Shown here: piece after piece, positions 26,014 to 32,000 of the stretch | Numbering within the stretch: the first letter of the stretch is position 1 | Layout: every line of letters begins with the position of its first letter | DNA from: Thermodesulfobacteriota bacterium | GTDB lineage: Bacteria; Desulfobacterota; WTBG01; CAIYCZ01; CAIRTM01 | Length of the DNA: 32,000 bases | Reading direction: 5' to 3' | Assembly (NCBI GenBank): GCA_028282925.1 | Contig: JANQGV010000310.1 | Coordinates: 3,302 to 35,301 of the forward strand | Translations under genes and position numbers: made by a program | Notes under the pieces: model-generated | Seen by the model: the letters and a program-made list of their open reading frames with translations, nothing else | Databases searched by the model: none | What the model was told of the DNA's origin: nothing

Positions 26014-26373
26014 GTGGTTGTCAACCCTCTTCATTCAGCAATAGCCGGGATGGCGGTCCATGCCGCCAAGATGGCGGTCCATGCTCACAATGTCGCCAAC
26101 GTCAACACCGATGAATTCAAGCGCAGTGAAGCCGTTATCGAATCCAATCCCGGTGGCCCGTCAATAACCGTTCCCGAGTCCACATCTCCCGGCCCGGTTG
26201 TTTCCGAACCGGAAGGGCTGCCCGGGGGGCCTGTTTCCCGAGAGCTTTCCAACGTCAATTTGCCCGAGGAGATGGTGCAGATGGTCATTGCCAAGCACGG
26301 CTATATGGCCAGTGCCCAGGTCATTCTCACCCAGAGCGAAACCCTCGGCAGCCTGATAGACATTATCGCCTGA
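26014..26373 (+). CDS. Minimal flagellar basal-body rod-like protein (FlgB/FlgC-type N- and C-terminal motifs)
   Basis: 119 aa. GTG start with GGGGAGGG Shine-Dalgarno 7 nt upstream. N-terminal HNVANVNTDEFKR resembles the rod N-motif (NIANxNTxGYK). C-terminal NLPEEMVQMVIAKHGYMASAQVILTQSETLGSLIDI resembles the rod C-terminal domain. Confidence 0.7.
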   Translation: MVVNPLHSAIAGMAVHAAKMAVHAHNVANVNTDEFKRSEAVIESNPGGPSITVPESTSPGPVVSEPEGLPGGPVSRELSNVNLPEEMVQMVIAKHGYMASAQVILTQSETLGSLIDIIA

Positions 26374-26722
26374 GCTGTTCCTCCAGCCACGCCATTATCA
26401 CATCCGTTACATAGGAAATCTGCTGTTCTGTAAGGGGACTCCCTTTTGGCATGCCGTGCCATTTTTGCAGGCAGCCCCGGCAGCAGGTTGCCGTGGCATG
26501 CTGGGCGATAAACACCGGGTGACCGCGAAAGGGGGTTTGCTTGCCGTCGCGTTTTGGGTTTTCAGGGGCCAGGCGGTCGGTTATGAAGTGCAGGGCGTGT
26601 TCCCGCAGGGTGTCAAGACCTTTGCCGTGGATATAGGCCCTGTCTTTTTCGGACAACACAAACCGCGAGCGAAACGACGATCGCCGTAACCTGGGAAAAA
26701 TATTTTTGATTTTTTCGGGCAT
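26363..26722 (-). CDS. DUF4186-family protein
   Basis: 119 aa. SSFRSRF...DGKQTPFRGHPVFIAQHATATCCRGCLQKWHG matches my memory of the DUF4186 signature. Confidence 0.78.
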   Translation of the reverse strand: MPEKIKNIFPRLRRSSFRSRFVLSEKDRAYIHGKGLDTLREHALHFITDRLAPENPKRDGKQTPFRGHPVFIAQHATATCCRGCLQKWHGMPKGSPLTEQQISYVTDVIMAWLEEQLRR

Positions 26723-26736
26723 TGCAGCAGGACGAA

Positions 26737-27159
26737 TCAGGGGGCAGTCGGGGGCTGGTCCCCGATGCGCAGTATTCTTTTTAAGAAAACAAACAGAGCC
26801 AGCAGCAATTTTTTGAAGAAGCCGGGGTTGCGAAGTTTTTCGAGCCGATGTCTGGCGTCGGCCAGCTCTTCATCGGTGAAATCGAGCCGGTGAAGGTTTT
26901 CTTCCAGTTCAAGCTCCAGCATTTCAAGGGCGGTTGCCCTGTCCACAACGTGAACCTCTATGGATGTCCAGCCCAGCCTGCGGGCCGATTCCAGCCGCCG
27001 CTGCCCGGCAATGAGTTCATCCCGGGTGTTTACCACAATGGGATTCATAAGACCGTAGGCGTCCAGGCTTTCCATAAGCGGCCCGAGGTCGCCGAGGTCT
27101 TTGCGGATTCTCGATCTGGTTTTTATCCGGTCGATGGGAATGAGCATGGTATGTACCAT
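26737..27159 (-). CDS. Short ParB-like N-terminal (ParB/Srx fold) domain protein with hydrophobic C-terminal helix
   Basis: IPIDRIKTRSRIRKD, NPIVVNTRDELIAGQRRLESARRLGW (GxxR box), ELEENLHRLDFTDEE. No HTH or dimerisation region follows; instead FFKKLLLALFVFLKRIL. Start is ambiguous (TTG 27186, ATG 27159 or ATG 27147). Confidence 0.78.
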   Translation of the reverse strand: MVHTMLIPIDRIKTRSRIRKDLGDLGPLMESLDAYGLMNPIVVNTRDELIAGQRRLESARRLGWTSIEVHVVDRATALEMLELELEENLHRLDFTDEELADARHRLEKLRNPGFFKKLLLALFVFLKRILRIGDQPPTAP

Positions 27160-27236
27160 TTTGGCTTTGAGGCGAGTATAAGACAAACCAGGCCGGGTGT
27201 CAAAAAGAATTGTCCATGGAAAAAAAGCCGTTGCGG

Positions 27237-29903
27237 TTATCGATTGGTCCCGTCGAGAATACTGCGTGCCAGTGACAACAGTTTGGCTACCTGGCAGGGT
27301 TTTTGAATAAAGCCCTGCACTCCCTGATCCAGGATTTCCTGGGCCTTGCCGTCCTGGCTGTAGCCGGTTGCCAGCAGGGCCTTTACATCAGGGTTTAATT
27401 CTTTCATGGTAAGGAAGGTTTCGTAACCGCCCATTTTCGGCATGACCATATCAAGAACGACAAGGTCGATGTTTTCCTGCTGTTCCTTGTAAACGGCAAC
27501 CGCTTCTTCCCCATTTTCGGCCAGGAGCACCCGGTAGCCGTACTCTTTAAAAATTTCCTCATTAAAGATGCGCACATCTTCCTCGTCGTCCACTATCAGT
27601 ACACACTCGGTTCCGTGGAGATTATCGTCTGCCTGGGTTTTCTGGGCCGTCTCTTCAGGCTTGCCGCTGACGGGCAGGTAAATGCTGAAGATGGTGCCCT
27701 TCCGGGGTTTGCTTTGAACCCTCATAAAGCCGTCGTGATTATCGATAATGCCGTAGACCATGGACAATCCCAGCCCGGTACCCTTTCCCTTTTCCTTGGT
27801 TGTAAAAAAGGGATCGAAGATGCGCTGCTGTACGCTTTTGTCCATTCCATGGCCGGTGTCGGAAACCGAAAGTGTTATGTATTGGAACTGATGTGATGAG
27901 GCGCCGGGTTCAGCGCGGACTTCGGAAGTGTTGGCAAGCCGGGTTTCAATCACCAGCCGTCCGCCCCCGGGCATGGCATCGCGGGCGTTGACGAACAGGT
28001 TCATCAAGGCCTGTTGGAGCTGGCTGGCATCGGCGTCGACGGTGGGCAGTGACTGATCAAGCCGGGTTGCCACCTCTATTGATTTGTCGACGGTCCTGCC
28101 GATTATTTTTACGGTGTCGTTGACGATGGTGTTTATATTGATGGGTTTGATATCGTATTTGCCGCCCCGGGCAAAGGCCAGTATCTGGGCGGTCAGTTCG
28201 GCCGCCCGCTGGGAGCTTTTTTCGATGGTGTTGATATAGTTGTAAAACTGATGGCTCTGGTCTATTTTTGTTTTCATGAAAGAGGCATATCCCAGGATGC
28301 CGGCCAGGATGTTATTGAAGTCGTGGGCAATGCCGCCGGCAAGGGTTCCGATGCTTTCCATCTTCTGGGCCTGGAACAGTTGTTGCTCAAGCCGCCGGCG
28401 CTCGGTTACATCGCGAATAATACTCTGGTATGCAATGATGTTGCCGTCCTGATCACGCAGAGGGGTTGAGCTGACAACGGTGGTAAACGGGGTGTCGTCC
28501 TTTTTTCTGAGTTCCAGCTCATAGTTTTTTATAAAACCATCGCGGGCGATGATCTGCTGAAATTTTTTGCGGTCCTGCCTGTTGTAATAGGTGTCGGCAA
28601 CGGCCACCTGCAGCAGCTCTTCTTTGGAGTCGTATCCCAGGGCATTTACGGCGGAGGGGTTTGCATCAAGGTATTTCCCTTCAGGGGTGGTCATAATGAT
28701 CATGTCCTTGGAATCTTCAAACAGACGGCGGTAGCGTTCCTCGCTTTCCTGCAGGGCGGCCTCAAACTTTTTGCGTTCCGTTATATCCACCAGGGAGGAA
28801 ACCCGGTTTTTCGTGCCGGGAATGACTGCAATGGACAGATAGATGTCGCGGATTTTGCCCCAGCGGTCCACAAATCTAAATTCATAATTTTCCGGAATTG
28901 CCACTGATGTATCGGTGCGCTGCTGGTGGAGCTGCTGCATTTTTACAAGATCGTCTTTATGCACAAACTCAATCCAGCTTTTTTTACCTTCGATCTCTTC
29001 CAGGGTATAGCCGCTGAATTTTTCAGCTTCGGTGTTGGCCCGGGTTATGATGGTATCCTCGCCGAAAATGATCATGGCTGTGCCGGTGGTTTCAAAGACG
29101 GTGCGATACATTTCCTCCGACTCGGCCAGGGCCTGTTCCGCCTTTTTGCGGTCGGTTATATCGACCATCATGCCCCGCAGTCCGATAAGGGTGTGATTGT
29201 GATAGATCGGGGCCGAGTGTATCAGCACCGGGAAGGTGGAGCCGTCTTTGCGCAGGGCGGTGTACTCGTTGGTGGATGTATTCTTTCCGGACAGCACCCG
29301 CAGTATATTTCTGGTAACTTTTTCCCGGTCTTCGGGAACCACCAGCTCCCTTGCATCCAGCCCCTTTTCATAGCTGCCCCGGTCGTATCCCAGGGCTTCC
29401 AGAGCGCAGGTGTTGGCAAAGGAGATCTTACCGTCGGTATCGATTTCAAAAACACCCTGGGGAAGCATTTCAGCCAGCTCCTCAATCTTATCGCTGCCTG
29501 TGGCTGACGGGTGCCGGTCGGCCATGTGCTCAAAGACCAGGGCAATTTCGGAATCATGTACGACGGGCCGGATCAGGAGGGTGTGCCTGGTGTTGTCTGC
29601 GCAGGTAATGCTCCATTGGCGTCCGGGATCGGAATCAGGGATTTTTGATTCCCAATATGATTGCGCTGCAGCACGTTCGTCAGGGTCCGGAAAGGCGCGC
29701 ATCAACCAGTCGGTGCGGGTCGGCACCTGATCGATGCCATAGCCGAAACAGTCGGCAAACGCCCGGTTGGTAAAAACAGTTCGGCCGCTTGCCTGAAATA
29801 CCAGTATGGGATGCGGGATGGTGTGGATAAGCTGTTTGAATATGGTGCTGTTGTTCACTGACAATGGGACCCCAATTATTGCAGTTTCTGGAAAATACAC
29901 CAT
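27237..29903 (-). CDS. Hybrid sensor histidine kinase (multi-PAS, HisKA, HATPase, REC)
   Basis: 888 aa. Four to five PAS modules, H-box GGIAHDFNNIL, DTGHGMD, GTGLGLSMVY, C-terminal receiver (VLIVDDEEDV ... VVLDMVMPKMGG). Confidence 0.92.
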   Translation of the reverse strand: MVYFPETAIIGVPLSVNNSTIFKQLIHTIPHPILVFQASGRTVFTNRAFADCFGYGIDQVPTRTDWLMRAFPDPDERAAAQSYWESKIPDSDPGRQWSITCADNTRHTLLIRPVVHDSEIALVFEHMADRHPSATGSDKIEELAEMLPQGVFEIDTDGKISFANTCALEALGYDRGSYEKGLDARELVVPEDREKVTRNILRVLSGKNTSTNEYTALRKDGSTFPVLIHSAPIYHNHTLIGLRGMMVDITDRKKAEQALAESEEMYRTVFETTGTAMIIFGEDTIITRANTEAEKFSGYTLEEIEGKKSWIEFVHKDDLVKMQQLHQQRTDTSVAIPENYEFRFVDRWGKIRDIYLSIAVIPGTKNRVSSLVDITERKKFEAALQESEERYRRLFEDSKDMIIMTTPEGKYLDANPSAVNALGYDSKEELLQVAVADTYYNRQDRKKFQQIIARDGFIKNYELELRKKDDTPFTTVVSSTPLRDQDGNIIAYQSIIRDVTERRRLEQQLFQAQKMESIGTLAGGIAHDFNNILAGILGYASFMKTKIDQSHQFYNYINTIEKSSQRAAELTAQILAFARGGKYDIKPININTIVNDTVKIIGRTVDKSIEVATRLDQSLPTVDADASQLQQALMNLFVNARDAMPGGGRLVIETRLANTSEVRAEPGASSHQFQYITLSVSDTGHGMDKSVQQRIFDPFFTTKEKGKGTGLGLSMVYGIIDNHDGFMRVQSKPRKGTIFSIYLPVSGKPEETAQKTQADDNLHGTECVLIVDDEEDVRIFNEEIFKEYGYRVLLAENGEEAVAVYKEQQENIDLVVLDMVMPKMGGYETFLTMKELNPDVKALLATGYSQDGKAQEILDQGVQGFIQKPCQVAKLLSLARSILDGTNR

Positions 29904-30120
29904 AAAGCCGGAACGTATTAGAGAATATTTTTATCCGGCCATTCGTGATATACTGTATAGTATTCATCTGTGTTTTTTGCTTAATACTTGAGTTTTTTTT
30001 GTTCAGGTAGAGGGTATTTGTTCTTTACACCTGTCCGGTGTTTCTTAGAAAAAAAGAGTATTTTCAATGCAATAAGGAAAAACGAGCCTTTGTATTCGTT
30101 TATGCGTGTAAGATTTAGGT

Positions 30121-30891
30121 ATGAATGCTCATGAATTGCCCGGCGGTATTCGCCGCGACACCCTCTCGGGTGATTATATCATTTACCAGCCGCAGCAGGG
30201 CCAGCGGTATACCACCGACGATATGCTGGTTGCGTGGCTTACCGTGCGCACCATGCGGGACCTGCAGATGCGGCCCGGCCGCTTTCTTGACCTGGGTTCC
30301 GGGCTGTGTTCCGTACCTATGATCGTACTGTGGGCTTTTCAGGACCTCCAGGGCCTCGGTATCGAAAAGAGCCTGAAGCGGCTAACCCTTGGGCGAAAGT
30401 CTCTTTCTGCCAATAGCCTTGATGGACGCTTCCGCCTTATCCTGGCTGATTTGCGCGATATGCCCGTTGCAGCAGTCTACCCCCTGGTTACCTCATCGCC
30501 TCCGTATTATGAATTCCATGAAGGGCCGGTCAGCCCTGACCGGGACAAGGCCCGGGTACGTTTTGAACTGCACGGCAGTATCGATGATTATTTCAGGGCC
30601 GCCCATGACCACCTTGAAGAGGGTGGCTGTTTCACCACGGTGTATCCCTGTCAGTATGAGCACCGGGCATATGGGGCGGCCGAGTCGAAGGGCTTTACCC
30701 TTGAGCGCCGGGTGCAGGTTATTCCCCGGGCAACAAAGCCCCCCCTCATTTCCCTGTATGCGTTTGTCAAGGGGCCCGGGGGCAGGGGTGCATCGGAGAC
30801 CCTGACCATCAGGAATGAAGATCAGAGTTTTACTGTTGAATATAATGAGGCACGGAAGGAAATAGGATTTCGAGAGAAGGAAGGCGGTTGA
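30121..30891 (+). CDS. SAM-dependent methyltransferase of the N6-adenine/small-domain type (TrmN6/YfiC-like)
   Basis: 256 aa. SAM motif FLDLGSGLCSVP and catalytic tetrapeptide SPPY (TSSPPYYEF). Confidence 0.75.
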   Translation: MNAHELPGGIRRDTLSGDYIIYQPQQGQRYTTDDMLVAWLTVRTMRDLQMRPGRFLDLGSGLCSVPMIVLWAFQDLQGLGIEKSLKRLTLGRKSLSANSLDGRFRLILADLRDMPVAAVYPLVTSSPPYYEFHEGPVSPDRDKARVRFELHGSIDDYFRAAHDHLEEGGCFTTVYPCQYEHRAYGAAESKGFTLERRVQVIPRATKPPLISLYAFVKGPGGRGASETLTIRNEDQSFTVEYNEARKEIGFREKEGG

Positions 30892-31005
30892 AAAAAGTCC
30901 ATCTGCGGCGTTGTGCGAATCACTCGTCGTTGCGACGTACAACTGAGTACGCCTCACTCCCCATGATACCGCACGCCTTGCATCTGAACCTTTTTGAACC
31001 GCCTG

Positions 31006-31037
31006 AAAATAGAGTGCAGCAATTAAACCTCTATTTT
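31006..31037. terminator. Weak AT-rich hairpin between convergent genes (possible terminator)
   Basis: AAAATAGAG (31006-31014) pairs with CTCTATTTT (31029-31037) across a 14-nt loop. The stem is AT-rich and the U-tract is part of the stem. Confidence 0.3.
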
Positions 31038-31069
31038 TAAATGCAGAATTTTAAATTTTCAGCAGGTTT

Positions 31070-31600
31070 TTAATCTTCCGGATACGTCAGTTTGTAGTCG
31101 GGGAACCGGCTGCGGTCGGTGGGGCTCAGGGTGTAGTGGTAGCTGCGGCTGGATGTGGTACTGGCTTTGTTTTTCTTTTGCAGTTGGTAAGTGTAGCCGG
31201 ATATGCCGTCGTCTGCAAGGGTGAAATATTCTTTTTCTGAAAGACCCGGCCCGGCGCTTTTTTTGATCCATATCCTGTCTGCTTCGAGCTGTATGGTTCT
31301 ATGGTTTTTTACCAGCCAGGCCTCATACAGCAGTTCCGGGTCTTCATCCGTCATCCGCCACAGAACAAGTGCCAGCTCATCTGGTCCGATACCGTGGAAG
31401 CGGCCCCGGACCAGCTCGATAAAGCGCATTTCCTCGCAGGTGCTGATAAGCCCCTCTGACTGTATGCATTCTTTCCCGGTTACCCGGTACAGGCCGATAT
31501 GGTTGTCAAGGTTGCAGAGTGACGGCGCGCAGGCCGATATAAAAAGAAAGAGCACGGCGCAGCCGATTACTATAAGTAGTATGGTTACAAACGGTTTCAT
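31070..31600 (-). CDS. Hypothetical lipoprotein
   Basis: 176 aa. Signal peptide with lipobox FISAC. No family recognised. Confidence 0.65.
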   Translation of the reverse strand: MKPFVTILLIVIGCAVLFLFISACAPSLCNLDNHIGLYRVTGKECIQSEGLISTCEEMRFIELVRGRFHGIGPDELALVLWRMTDEDPELLYEAWLVKNHRTIQLEADRIWIKKSAGPGLSEKEYFTLADDGISGYTYQLQKKNKASTTSSRSYHYTLSPTDRSRFPDYKLTYPED

Positions 31601-31631
31601 CTTGTTTTTTCCGGGAAGCTTAGCATAAATA

Positions 31632-31991
31632 TTACTTTTGACCTAAGGACTTGCGCAATACGGCCACGGCATTGATAACCGGCATGCCGGGGCGAATGCC
31701 TGCCTGCGCGGCCGGAGCATTTGTCCGGGAAATGATGCCGCTTGAATAGGTGTCGGCGGCATTGCCGATTTCTGCGGATTCATGGCCTACGGCGGCCGCG
31801 ATGATGTTTTCAGCCTGAAGCTGTTCCAGGCCGCTTATGCCGGCTTCGTTTTTGCCGATCCCGGCATCATTAAAAATAGCGGCACCCACTTTACCGTCTA
31901 TAGCGTATTTCGCCGAGGATGTACCGCCATGCGATCCGGAAACAATTATATCCCCCCCGTTTCCATCCTTTACATATGATATGCTGTCCAT
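31632..31991 (-). CDS. Conserved-looking hypothetical protein (SGSHGG / NDAGIGKNEAGI motifs); the 5' end may extend past the window
   Basis: 119-aa ORF ending 9 nt from the window edge. Gly-rich motifs look like a real fold, but I cannot name a family. Confidence 0.55.
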   Translation of the reverse strand: MDSISYVKDGNGGDIIVSGSHGGTSSAKYAIDGKVGAAIFNDAGIGKNEAGISGLEQLQAENIIAAAVGHESAEIGNAADTYSSGIISRTNAPAAQAGIRPGMPVINAVAVLRKSLGQK

Positions 31992-32000
31992 GAGAACTGT

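Noticed and set aside
29951-29970. LexA/SOS-box-like TACTGTATAGTATTCATCTG upstream of the 888-aa kinase
   Set aside because: It has the CTGT half-site, but the second half is CATC rather than ACAG at the required spacing, so it is not a palindrome.

Overview
This 32-kb window looks like ordinary chromosome. I count about 27 credible protein genes and see no rRNA, tRNA, CRISPR array, transposase or integrase. The gene content suggests a Desulfobacterota/deltaproteobacterial-type anaerobe, but that is inference only. The clues are four very large PAS-rich sensor kinases, a TusE/DsrC-like domain, DUF169, and moderately GC-rich coding with very AT-rich spacers. Left part (+ strand): M6 metalloprotease with a PKD domain, GNAT acetyltransferase, beta-propeller phytase lipoprotein, TonB-dependent receptor and an orphan Tat-exported protein. 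Next comes a tightly packed minus-strand operon of membrane PAS kinase, CheY-like regulator and hybrid kinase. Middle: DUF169, a TusE/DsrC-like::cysteine desulfurase fusion, a thioredoxin-like [2Fe-2S] ferredoxin and a class I glutamine amidotransferase. These are followed by a PAS protein ending in a CxxC...CxxC module, a methyltransferase, a chemoreceptor with a full CZB zinc-binding motif in its periplasmic loop, a glycine-zipper lipoprotein, and a ~1215-aa hybrid kinase carrying a 147-bp in-frame tandem repeat. Right part: alpha/beta hydrolase, a hypothetical protein plus a minimal flagellar-rod-like protein, DUF4186 plus a truncated ParB-like protein, an 888-aa hybrid kinase, an N6-MTase-like methyltransferase and two hypotheticals. 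About one third of the window encodes four sensor kinases, yet no DNA-binding regulator is visible. The best candidate for something undescribed is the DUF169 / TusE-like::desulfurase / ferredoxin / GATase cluster (13.0-16.4 kb). Secondary candidates are the ParB-N + DUF4186 pair, the orphan rod-like module, the PAS-Cys4 protein and the Tat orphan next to the TonB receptor. All family calls come from motif recognition by eye; no searches were run.
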